Shown: positions 19,897-28,704 of the stretch, piece after piece | How positions within the stretch are numbered: position 1 is the stretch's first letter | How the letters are laid out: each line of letters starts with the position of its first letter | Assembly: GCA_045612485.1 (NCBI GenBank) | Contig: JAZKZE010000030.1 | Location: forward strand, 2,386 to 66,385 | From: Victivallales bacterium | Lineage (GTDB): Bacteria; Verrucomicrobiota; Lentisphaeria; Victivallales; UBA1829 | Direction of reading: 5' to 3' | Length of the DNA stretch: 64,000 nucleotides | Notes under the pieces: generated by a model | Told to the model about the DNA's origin: nothing | Database searches by the model: none | Seen by the model: the letters and a program-made list of their open reading frames with translations, nothing else | Made by a program: the position numbers and the translations under genes

Positions 19897-21189
19897 TCAG
19901 ATATCTTCAATGCGGATGAGTTTCACGCTGTTGCGTACTTCCGGAAGATTATTGATGGATTCAATGGCACTTCTCACCGCTTTTTCCTTGGTGCAATGGG
20001 TGATGATGAGCATGGTCACATTGCTGTGCTGCTGCCCTTCACGCTGAATGACACTGGAAATACTGATACTGTTTTTGCTCAGGATGCCGGCAACTTTTTC
20101 CAGAACTCCGGGGACATCCAGAACCTGTACACGCAGATAATAACGGGAATCCACTTCGTCCATGGGTTTGATCCTGCTGTACTGGACTCCTTCCAGGAAT
20201 CCGGGGATCCTGCGGGCTGCTTTGTTGACGATGTTGCGGCCGATATCAACGATGTCCCCTACAACAGCGGAGGCGGTAGCTTCTCTTCCTGCACCCCGTC
20301 CGTAGAAAAGGGTGTCGCCCACATAGTCACCTGTAACCATCACACCATTGAATACGCCGGAAATGGCGGCAAGCTGGGTGGTCTTGGGAATCATGGCAGG
20401 ATGGACACGCACTTCCACTGCATTTTCCTCATTCTGCTTGATGATGGCAAGAAGTTTGATCTTGTAGCCCAGTTCATCAGCATTTTTGATATCGGCAAGG
20501 GTAATATCCCTGATCCCCTGTACATATACAGGATCCATTCCCAGCCATTTGCCGTAAGCAAGGGAGGCAAGGATGGAGGCTTTGTGGGCGGTATCGAATC
20601 CGTCGATATCCAGAGAGGGATTTGCTTCTGCATACCCCAGCTGCTGGGCATCTTTCAGAACAGGGGCAAAGTCGATCCCTTCATTTTCCATTCTGGTGAG
20701 GATATAGTTACAGGTACCGTTGAGGATACCGTACATTCTGGATATGCGGTTGCCGGAAAAACCTTCACGCAATCCCTTGATGATGGGAATACCACCGCCT
20801 ACGCTGGCTTCGTAATAGAGATCCGCATTATTCTTTTCCGCAACGGCGAAAAGTTCTTCCCCGTGTTCGGCAAGAAGGGCTTTGTTGGCGGTCACGACGC
20901 TTTTTCCGGCATTCAGGGCTTCAAGGATAAACTTTTTGGCAATCGTTGTTCCGCCGATAAGTTCCACAACCACATCCACATTTCTGATCATAGCGGAAGC
21001 ATCGGTTGTGAGCAGTTCTTTCGGAACAGCCACACCTCTGTCTGTTTCAATATCCAGGTCGGCGATCCCGGCGAGGGTAGCTTTGATCCCGGTACGTTTA
21101 GCGATCACATCTGCATTTTTCAACAGGCAGGAGGCTACTCCTGCTCCAACAGTTCCGAATCCGATGATTCCAACTTTGAATTCTTTCAT
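19897..21189 (-). CDS. hom: Homoserine dehydrogenase with ACT domain
   Basis: GFGTVGAG, VVTANKA, EASVGGGIP, GILNGTCNYIL, GYAEANP, GRGAG, C-terminal ACT (DVPGVL). Confidence 0.95.
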   Translation of the reverse strand: MKEFKVGIIGFGTVGAGVASCLLKNADVIAKRTGIKATLAGIADLDIETDRGVAVPKELLTTDASAMIRNVDVVVELIGGTTIAKKFILEALNAGKSVVTANKALLAEHGEELFAVAEKNNADLYYEASVGGGIPIIKGLREGFSGNRISRMYGILNGTCNYILTRMENEGIDFAPVLKDAQQLGYAEANPSLDIDGFDTAHKASILASLAYGKWLGMDPVYVQGIRDITLADIKNADELGYKIKLLAIIKQNEENAVEVRVHPAMIPKTTQLAAISGVFNGVMVTGDYVGDTLFYGRGAGREATASAVVGDIVDIGRNIVNKAARRIPGFLEGVQYSRIKPMDEVDSRYYLRVQVLDVPGVLEKVAGILSKNSISISSVIQREGQQHSNVTMLIITHCTKEKAVRSAIESINNLPEVRNSVKLIRIEDI

Positions 21190-21429
21190 AAAATAACTCC
21201 CGAAAATGGTATTGTTCTATTCAATTCATATATAATATACCATCTTTTTTAAAATTTCCCAATAAAAAGTTGAAAATTATTGTTGCTTTTCTTGAAAAAT
21301 GATGATATTTTAAAAATCAAAAGTATTTTTTCAGCTTCTGCCGAACTTGCGGAAGGAGGAAAAATATTCTCTGCAACGGTAAAATACACACAATAAATAA
21401 AATAAAACAAACATTATTTGAGGTGAAAA

Positions 21430-21990
21430 ATGAAAAAACTTCTTATCGCCGCGCTCTTTTCTTTTGCCGCAATGTGTGCTTTTGCACAGAAATCCGTGAA
21501 TACAGCTATTACGGACATTGAGGAAGATCCCACCAACGGTCTGGAAATGACCCGCTGTCTTTTCAATGAGTATTATCTTGCTGAATTGACTACCCATGCC
21601 AAGGTCACTGTAACAGATTCCGCTTCCGTTCAGAAAAAGATCAATGCTTTGAAGATCCCCCGGGGTGTGAAACTTTCCGCAAAAAATGTGAAGGCTCTCT
21701 GTAATGCTGTGAAAGCCAAAGCTCTCTGCCTTGTTTCCATGAAACGCAATGTCAAAAACAAAAGTGTGGATGTGGTGATCCGTGTCATCAGTGCGGACAA
21801 TAAACTGCTGGGCAGCTGCAAAGGCGTTATGAAGGGTATCGGCGATGCCGGAAAATTGAGTGCTGTTCTTGCTGCTGAATCCGCTGCCTTTGTCCGTGCC
21901 GCTGACAAAGCAGCTGCTCCCGCAGGAAAAAAGGCTGTCAAAGCTGCTAATGCTGCCGGAAAAGTGAAAAAGCCGGTTGCAAAAAAATAA
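21430..21990 (+). CDS. Exported hypothetical protein with Ala/Lys-rich tail
   Basis: Signal peptide MKKLLIAALFSFAAMCAFA, GAGGTG RBS, own terminator. Confidence 0.8.
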   Translation: MKKLLIAALFSFAAMCAFAQKSVNTAITDIEEDPTNGLEMTRCLFNEYYLAELTTHAKVTVTDSASVQKKINALKIPRGVKLSAKNVKALCNAVKAKALCLVSMKRNVKNKSVDVVIRVISADNKLLGSCKGVMKGIGDAGKLSAVLAAESAAFVRAADKAAAPAGKKAVKAANAAGKVKKPVAKK

Positions 21991-22009
21991 GATTTTATAC
22001 AGAACTTCC

Positions 22010-22034
22010 AAGCAGGGGCGACCCTGCTTTTTTT
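22010..22034 (+). terminator. Intrinsic terminator
   Basis: AAGCAGGG-GCGA-CCCTGCTT followed by a T run. Confidence 0.85.
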
Positions 22035-22065
22035 GTACCGGGATTTCCGTATGGAAAGGGGTTTT

Positions 22066-23160
22066 ATGAAAACAGTTCTTCTTCTGATATGTTTATTTGT
22101 TGCTTTTCTGCTTGCAGGAAAGGAAAAAGATATCGTTGCCTACTCAAAAAATTGTGCCGTTACTCCGGAAGGGGCATTATTGGAGGAGGTATGGCAGGTG
22201 ATCCCGGATGAAGAGTTTTTACAGACGGAAGAAGGAAAGAAGCCTTCCCGGAAAACGGTTATCAAAGTTGTTTATGAAAGGGAATATCTCTGTTTCGGTT
22301 TGAAAATGGTTACCGGACGTCCGGCAATGAGTGAAGCCGTAAAAAACAGCAGAGTCGATTCTGTTTCGGTGAAACTGTTCTCCCTTTCCGGTGCAAAAAC
22401 AGCAGAATTTTTCGTGACGCCCTTGTGGGTGGAAAGCAGTTGGAAACAGAATAAGATCCACCGTTCCGGAGTGAAACGGGGGGGCGATTATTATTCTGCG
22501 GAAGTACGGATCCCGCTTTTTGCGGAAGAGGAATTTTTTGAGAAGGGGCAGAAATATCAGCTGGAATTCGTACGGAAAAGTCTTTCTTCCTCCGGTAAAC
22601 GGGAGACCGCCTTTTTCAGGGGATCTCTTCTGACGGGAAATCTTGCTTATACAGACAATGCGCCGCGTACCAATAAAAAAGTCTGGCGCAACGGGGAAAT
22701 GAATACCTTTTTCAAACGTCCCAATATCCGCTGGAATTCCAACTGGGATCTGGGTGAGGGGGATTATCTTCAGCAGGGTTGGAACCTGAACAAGGCAAAG
22801 GGCAGGGGAAATTTTGAAGTTTTTGCCCATGAAGACAAGGCGGATGATTATTATGTGGTGCTGCGTAACGGGGATTTTTATCAGATGTATAAAGGCACGG
22901 AAAAGAAGATGAGCTATACCTTTCAGGCAAAAGGCAAAGGGGTGCTGAAAGTCCGTTTCCTGCGTTTTTCCTTCCGGAATCAGGCGTTGCGTTTTCTGGG
23001 AGTGCGTTCCGAACGGGAGATCCGTCTTGATTCAGATAAATGGCAGACTTACACGGGAACGGTTGAAAAGTCCACCGGTACAGAATATCTTGCACTGGAT
23101 TTTTCAACGGAAAACAGTGAGATCATGCTGGATGAGGCCTATATGCGGGGAATAAAATAA
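22066..23160 (+). CDS. Exported protein: degenerate CBM9-like domain plus NGxF beta-sandwich; homologous to the C-terminal part of 28705..31635
   Basis: Signal peptide MKTVLLLICLFVAFLLA. YSAEVRIP, WRNG, GWNLN, LRNGDFYQ, YTFQAKGKG and WQTYTGT match motifs in the DUF4838-like protein. Confidence 0.75.
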   Translation: MKTVLLLICLFVAFLLAGKEKDIVAYSKNCAVTPEGALLEEVWQVIPDEEFLQTEEGKKPSRKTVIKVVYEREYLCFGLKMVTGRPAMSEAVKNSRVDSVSVKLFSLSGAKTAEFFVTPLWVESSWKQNKIHRSGVKRGGDYYSAEVRIPLFAEEEFFEKGQKYQLEFVRKSLSSSGKRETAFFRGSLLTGNLAYTDNAPRTNKKVWRNGEMNTFFKRPNIRWNSNWDLGEGDYLQQGWNLNKAKGRGNFEVFAHEDKADDYYVVLRNGDFYQMYKGTEKKMSYTFQAKGKGVLKVRFLRFSFRNQALRFLGVRSEREIRLDSDKWQTYTGTVEKSTGTEYLALDFSTENSEIMLDEAYMRGIK

Positions 23161-23198
23161 ATCTTTTTCAACTTTATATTACCGCTTTTTCTTTCTGG

Positions 23199-23227
23199 AG
23201 ATGACCCGGTTGCGGTCATCTTTTTTT
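23199..23227 (+). terminator. Intrinsic terminator
   Basis: AGATGACC...GGTCATCT followed by a T run. Confidence 0.7.
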
Positions 23228-23435
23228 ATACCTCCATTCCTTGTTTATTACGGTAAAATTACCTTTTTATTGCATGAAAATTATGAGTTTGCAATCTTTA
23301 AAATCCTTTTTTACGGAATTTGAACTTAAATAGAAATATTGATAACCTGCATGTTATTATAAAGTCAGAAATGATATATTGTAATTTTTTATGTTTTTAT
23401 TATTTTATGTGCCGGAAAAACAACAGGAGATGTAA

Positions 23436-24818
23436 ATGAAATGTATTGCAAAAAGTATGGGAATATGCCATATTGCCTCTGGTATCAGAAGAATGAAAAA
23501 ACAGTTTTTCAACAGGGATCTTTTCTTTTTTATTTTATTGCTTTTGGGCGGGAGTTTATCCATTACTGCTCTTTGCTGTATGCAGGGAGAGTCCCTTTAT
23601 GAACTTTTTCCGGAGTGGTTCGGATATATCTTTGGTGGCAGTGTGGTCATTTCCATAGGATATTTTATTTTTCTTGCCCTTTCCGCCCTGACTTACAAAG
23701 TAAATACGAATGCGTTTCCGGAAAAAGATTTGCCTTTCTGTACGGTACTTGTTCCGGCATATAATGAAGGCAGACATGTGGCGGAAACGTTATGGAGTCT
23801 TCTGGAAGCGGATTATCCGGAGGAAAAACTGGAGATCATTGCCATCAATGACGGAAGTAAAGATGATACGCTCTGCTGGATCCAAAGAGTTGTAAGGGGG
23901 TCTTCCGGACGCGTTTCCTGTATTGATCTAAAGGTAAACAAAGGTAAGAAATATGCTTTATATACCGGGATGAAACGTGCCAAAGGGGATTTTATCGTTA
24001 CCGTGGACAGTGATTCCCTTGTGAATAAAGATGCCGTACAAAAATTGATGATCCCCTTCCGTGATCCCGCTATCGGTGCTGTTGCGGGAAATATCCGGGG
24101 GAAAAAGGAGGATACAAATTTTTATATGCAGATGATGGATGTTCTGCTTATTTTCGGTTGTGAGTTTCTCCGTGGCGGACAGAGCGTGACCGGAAATGTA
24201 TTCTGTACTCCCGGAGCTTTGAGTGCGTACCGTAAAAAAAGTGTTCTGCCGCTTCTGGATGAATGGCTCAACCAGAATTTTCTGGGAGTACCTTCCACTA
24301 TCGGGGAAGACCGTGCCATTGCCACTTTATTGCGCCGGGAGGGATACCGGATCGTGCATCAGAAGGATGCGCTGGCGGAAACCTGTCTTCCCGGAACATA
24401 TATCCAACTTGTAAAAATGCTTATCCGCTGGACAAGAAGTGATATAAGGGAAAATTTCCTTATGGCGGGAACGGTATTGAAAAATCTTTCTTCCTTCTCC
24501 TGGCAGGATGTCAGTTATTTTATCCATTGGATCAGTATATTTCTCAATATGTTTCTGCCCTTTGTTTTTCTTCCGGCTGTATTGATTTTTTTATGGGTAT
24601 CCTCTTTTCCTCTTTACCAGACAGCTGTTCTCTTTATAAGTGTTATGGTATGGAGTCTGCTTCCTGCCATCGTTTACGGGAATGAACGGGGGATAAGTAA
24701 AGTATGCCGTGCATTTATTTTCGGCTTTTTCACTCTGCTTTTTCTTTCCTGGATGCCCATCTATTCTCTCTTTACCATGCGGAATTCCAAGTGGCTCACA
24801 AGGGAAAAGAGGGTATGA
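23436..24818 (+). CDS. Processive GT2 membrane glycosyltransferase, hyaluronan synthase/NodC-like
   Basis: Two N-terminal TMs, VPAYNE, INDGSKD, KGKK, VTVDSDS, CTPGALSAYR, GEDR, MLIRW, C-terminal TMs. Confidence 0.8.
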   Translation: MKCIAKSMGICHIASGIRRMKKQFFNRDLFFFILLLLGGSLSITALCCMQGESLYELFPEWFGYIFGGSVVISIGYFIFLALSALTYKVNTNAFPEKDLPFCTVLVPAYNEGRHVAETLWSLLEADYPEEKLEIIAINDGSKDDTLCWIQRVVRGSSGRVSCIDLKVNKGKKYALYTGMKRAKGDFIVTVDSDSLVNKDAVQKLMIPFRDPAIGAVAGNIRGKKEDTNFYMQMMDVLLIFGCEFLRGGQSVTGNVFCTPGALSAYRKKSVLPLLDEWLNQNFLGVPSTIGEDRAIATLLRREGYRIVHQKDALAETCLPGTYIQLVKMLIRWTRSDIRENFLMAGTVLKNLSSFSWQDVSYFIHWISIFLNMFLPFVFLPAVLIFLWVSSFPLYQTAVLFISVMVWSLLPAIVYGNERGISKVCRAFIFGFFTLLFLSWMPIYSLFTMRNSKWLTREKRV

Positions 24819-24820
24819 AA

Positions 24821-24864
24821 AAAGGGATCGCTGTATGTTATTTGATATGTACAGCAATCCCTTT
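24821..24864. terminator. Bidirectional hairpin between convergent genes
   Basis: AAAGGGATCGCTGTA ... TACAGCAATCCCTTT. Confidence 0.6.
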
Positions 24865-24889
24865 ATGATTTTACTGCGGAAGAAAACGT

Positions 24890-26779
24890 TTATACGATTT
24901 TATCCGCAACAGCTTTTCTGATGTCGGGAAGATCCATTTCTTTCAGGATCCCGGGTACCATGAAGGAGAGAGGGAATCTGGAGAAGGGATCGGAGAGAAG
25001 AGCCTCGTAAGAAGGGGTTGCTTCATCCACAAGTTTGAGTCTGTGGATCTTGTCGGAAAGAAGAGCTGCCATTAAAGCTGTAACACAGCCCAATCCATGA
25101 GCTTCCACCGTAAGAACCATATCGGAAGGAGCATTTTCCGCAATAAGGGCGACTGCACTTAAAAGGTCAAAGACTCTTTTGCCGAGTTCCGGAGCGTTCC
25201 ACATGATGCCCAGAGAAGCATAATGGTAATCAAACTGGTAGGCACTGAAAAAATCTCTCTTCCAGGGTTGATCCGTTCCGGAAGGCATCATTTCTCCGAT
25301 ACCCCGGGTATCCAGAGCGTAAAGAAGTTCCCCGTTTTCAGGATCCCGTTCCCCCATTTCCTCTTTGCTGTCAAGGGAGGGGATGACAAGTGTGATATTT
25401 TTCTTTGTGTCATCCGGATTATATACGATATTGGGCGTATAGGAGGCAAGAATACTCATAATGGAATCTTTTTCCGTTTCCAGACCGAATCTGTTGCGGA
25501 AAAGATCTTTTTTGATCGCCCGCCACCTTAATTTCCTGTAATAGGGAGCCTTTTGCGGAAGAGTGATCTTCAGGAGAGAAAGAAGAGTGTTTTTCAATTC
25601 TTCTTTTGAACGGGCTTTTCTTTCCCCGGCAAATTTTTCCGCCATATCCTTTATGATTTCCCAGATATATTTATTGCCGGCAAGATTTCTCAAATCGCCG
25701 TCTTTGACTGCGTATGTGCTTTCCGGTGCGGGAAGAGTAAAACCGGGTTCCGGTGCATTTTCCTTTCCTGCAATATGTTTTGTCAGGAATCCATACATGG
25801 CTTCCCGGTTGGCTTTGGAGAATCCGTGTTCATCCGGACCGATGAAATATTGGGTATCACGATCGGAAAGAAGGGAATTGATCTTTTTGACCTCCGCACA
25901 GGTTTCCACCACGCCCCTGGGGTCGAAAAAGTCCTTTTTCTGTCCCATGATCAGGATATGACGGGGTGCCTGGGCAAGGAGGAAATCTCCCATTTCCAGA
26001 CCGTATTCAAAAGCGTGGGGCGGCATCTGTTCGATGTCGGCGGGCAGTTCATTTTCTATATTGTGTTTCCAGCTTGTCACATAACAGCTGGGGGCAACTG
26101 CCACAGGACGGGGGTCGGCTGCTGCCACCCATGTGGTAAGGGTTCCGCCTCCGGAGTTTCCTGTAACACACAGGCGGGAGGAGTCGATCTCGCTTCTTGT
26201 TTCCAGATAATCCAGCCCTCTTACGCCGTCCCATGTACGCCATGCTCCCAGCCATTCGCCGCACAGGGAGAGATTTTTACCCATAAGGTTGTGGTTGCCG
26301 CAAAGTCCGAATTTTGTGGGGGTATCTCTGTATTGCTGACGTTCTCCCTGTTCCACAGGGTCAACGGCAAGGACGGCAAAACCTTTTTTCACCAGACCAA
26401 CGCACGCGGAACGGTAAGTATCGCTTGCCTTGCCCTCTTCCGCATGACCGCAGAGGAAAAGTACACCGGGGACTTTTCCGGAAACGCCGGAAGGCAGATA
26501 GAGATTTGCTGTGACGGGATAGGAGGGACGGCTGTAATAGATGATATTTTCCACAGAATATCCGTCAAAGGTATTTTTTCCGGTAACGGAAGCAAGAAGC
26601 GGAGTACGTTCCGGGAAAGCAAAGATTTTTTCTATTTTGCTTTTTACCTCTTTTACATAGGAAGCTGCCTGTTCTTTTGTTGTGATGGCATCCAGTTTCT
26701 TTCTGCGTTCTTCAAAGTTTTTTCTTGCCAATGCCACATAATACTCATTGACATTGTTTCCGAAAAGGGAATTTGTCAT
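24890..26779 (-). CDS. Alpha/beta hydrolase, acetylxylan esterase-like (duplicated fold)
   Basis: VTANLYLP, CGH, QGER, nucleophile GNSGGG, DFF, HGF. Degenerate second half (DTRGIGE). Confidence 0.8.
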   Translation of the reverse strand: MTNSLFGNNVNEYYVALARKNFEERRKKLDAITTKEQAASYVKEVKSKIEKIFAFPERTPLLASVTGKNTFDGYSVENIIYYSRPSYPVTANLYLPSGVSGKVPGVLFLCGHAEEGKASDTYRSACVGLVKKGFAVLAVDPVEQGERQQYRDTPTKFGLCGNHNLMGKNLSLCGEWLGAWRTWDGVRGLDYLETRSEIDSSRLCVTGNSGGGTLTTWVAAADPRPVAVAPSCYVTSWKHNIENELPADIEQMPPHAFEYGLEMGDFLLAQAPRHILIMGQKKDFFDPRGVVETCAEVKKINSLLSDRDTQYFIGPDEHGFSKANREAMYGFLTKHIAGKENAPEPGFTLPAPESTYAVKDGDLRNLAGNKYIWEIIKDMAEKFAGERKARSKEELKNTLLSLLKITLPQKAPYYRKLRWRAIKKDLFRNRFGLETEKDSIMSILASYTPNIVYNPDDTKKNITLVIPSLDSKEEMGERDPENGELLYALDTRGIGEMMPSGTDQPWKRDFFSAYQFDYHYASLGIMWNAPELGKRVFDLLSAVALIAENAPSDMVLTVEAHGLGCVTALMAALLSDKIHRLKLVDEATPSYEALLSDPFSRFPLSFMVPGILKEMDLPDIRKAVADKIV

Positions 26780-26794
26780 TTTTTACCTCATTTA

Positions 26795-27664
26795 TTATGG
26801 TTGTTCTATTTGAAAAATCTCATGAGAAGTCTGTTCCGATTCCCGGAATTTCTGCGGGGAAAGACCGGTTTCATTACGGAAATATCTTGTAAAATAAACC
26901 GGATCGGAAAAACCGGATTTCACCGCAATATTTTTCACGGAAAGATCGGTGGTTTTCAGAAGTTTTGCAGCACAGGCGAGCCGCTGTCGGATAAGATAGG
27001 TGGATAAAGGTATATTGTAGGCTTTGCGGAATTCCCGGGAAAGATGCACTCTGTGTATGGAAAGAGTTTCCGCTATCTCATTTACATTCATCCTCTGATC
27101 TGTATAATGAAGATCTGCAAGAGCTTTGGCAAGGGAGGCATAATTCCTTTCCGGTTTGTCTGCCGGGGAATCTTTTCCCTTTTCCTTGGAAATGTGTGTA
27201 CTTAAAATAAGAACTTTCACCCCTTCAGCAAGGGCGGAAAGCATACTGGTATCATCCTTTTTTCTGATAAGATCATAAAGAAGGGAAAAGAGTTCCTCCG
27301 GGCAGGTTCCTGCATAATGAGGGGTTCTGGGGATATTGAATCTTTTCCAGAATTCTCCGGAAAAATTCCCTTCAAAAGCTACAAAACAATACTGTCCGCC
27401 ATTGCCGGGGGGAGCGTCAAAAATATGAGTTTCCCCGGGCATAAAGTAACACACATATCCCGGCTGCATGGTATATTTTCCTTCCGGAAATTCCACCTGG
27501 AAAACGCCATCCGTACACCACAAAACCTCCAATGAGTGCAATGTACGGGGTTTCGGCAGCAGACCGTGCCGGATAAGTCCCCTTCCGCAGGAACGTATCC
27601 GGAAAGGAAAATTTCCCGCCAGATCCGTAAAAGCAGCAAAACTCCATTCAAATTTCTGTTTCAT
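26795..27664 (-). CDS. AraC family transcriptional regulator
   Basis: N-terminal cupin-like domain. C-terminal HLSREFRK...AAKLLKTTDLSVKNIAVKSGFSDPVYFTRYFRNETGLSP. Confidence 0.93.
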   Translation of the reverse strand: MKQKFEWSFAAFTDLAGNFPFRIRSCGRGLIRHGLLPKPRTLHSLEVLWCTDGVFQVEFPEGKYTMQPGYVCYFMPGETHIFDAPPGNGGQYCFVAFEGNFSGEFWKRFNIPRTPHYAGTCPEELFSLLYDLIRKKDDTSMLSALAEGVKVLILSTHISKEKGKDSPADKPERNYASLAKALADLHYTDQRMNVNEIAETLSIHRVHLSREFRKAYNIPLSTYLIRQRLACAAKLLKTTDLSVKNIAVKSGFSDPVYFTRYFRNETGLSPQKFRESEQTSHEIFQIEQP

Positions 27665-27670
27665 ATCCGG

Positions 27671-27737
27671 AATGTATCAAAAATATTAAAAATGTTACAT
27701 TTGTCCTATTGTGAATAAGCCCTTTATGGATTAAAAT
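27671..27737 (+). promoter_or_regulatory. Putative AraC direct repeats plus promoter of the pilin-like operon
   Basis: AATGTATCA (27671) and AATGTTACA (27691), then TTGTGA (27709), 17-bp spacer, TAAAAT (27732). Confidence 0.45.
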
Positions 27738-27852
27738 ATACTGGAGAAAAATATTTTTACAAGGTAAATACGGAAAAAAGCCATGAAAATATTTTTTTGT
27801 TCCACAGGTAAAAATGAAATTTTATTACAAAAATAACAGAAAGAAGGAAGGT

Positions 27853-28659
27853 ATGAAACGGAAAAATTATTTTACCCTTATCGAACTGTTGGTGGTTATT
27901 GCGATAATCGCCATTCTTGCGGCGATGCTTCTTCCCGCATTGAACAATGCCAGAGCTATTGCCAATGCCATCAAATGTACATCCAATCAGAGACAGATCG
28001 GGTTGTCATTTGTGCTGTACGCCAACGATTTCAAGGATTGGACGATCGGAAGTTCCACATTGTATTCCAAAAATTCCGCCGGACAGACAACTGCTGAAAA
28101 ACGCAATCCCTGGCATCACTTCCTGGCAAAACCCAATCCCAGCAATGCCTATGGATCCCCCACAGAAAAGAAACTTCTTATCGGGTATCTGCCTATGATC
28201 ATCTATGCAAAACCCGGTAAAGACCTGATTTCCTGCCCTGTTGAGATGGGGGAACCCAGCGGTTCAGACAACTGTGATTATACGATCTGTGATTTCAGTC
28301 AAAACCAGGCGATTTATGACAAGTGCGGTTTCTGGAAATTAAGTTCTTTCCGCAGTAAGTATGTGGACAGTTACGGACGGGGAAAAACAATAAGCCCTTC
28401 CAACCGTGTATGGTTTGCCGACTCTCATGACTATGGGAATATCAAAGCACACATTCCCCGTCATACAAAGGACAAGGCATTTGTCATGTCTTACGCTGAC
28501 GGACATGTTGGAAAGGTGAAAGTAACGCAAATGTCCCCCCGGCTGACAAAGATAACAAATGCGGAATACATCAAAAAGTTTGGTGGTGTCATCAATGCTG
28601 TTTCCCCCTCTGAAAGGGATTTCCCCTACAGTGGGACTACCGGGGAAAGTCTCTGGTGA
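27853..28659 (+). CDS. Prepilin-type N-terminal cleavage/methylation protein (DUF1559-like, H-X9-DG-type C-terminus)
   Basis: [70 protein letters not shown] before ATG 27853. Confidence 0.92.
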   Translation: MKRKNYFTLIELLVVIAIIAILAAMLLPALNNARAIANAIKCTSNQRQIGLSFVLYANDFKDWTIGSSTLYSKNSAGQTTAEKRNPWHHFLAKPNPSNAYGSPTEKKLLIGYLPMIIYAKPGKDLISCPVEMGEPSGSDNCDYTICDFSQNQAIYDKCGFWKLSSFRSKYVDSYGRGKTISPSNRVWFADSHDYGNIKAHIPRHTKDKAFVMSYADGHVGKVKVTQMSPRLTKITNAEYIKKFGGVINAVSPSERDFPYSGTTGESLW

Positions 28660-28704
28660 TTTGTATAAGAATAATCCAATCGAAAATAACATAAAAGGAA
28701 CAAA

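Noticed and set aside
18449..21252. 461-aa and 418-aa plus-strand ORFs
   Set aside because: Codon-mirror shadows of aspartate kinase and hom.
21190..21429. Lysine riboswitch, T-box or attenuator upstream of hom
   Set aside because: The leader is short and AT-rich with no such structure; only promoter-like hexamers are present.
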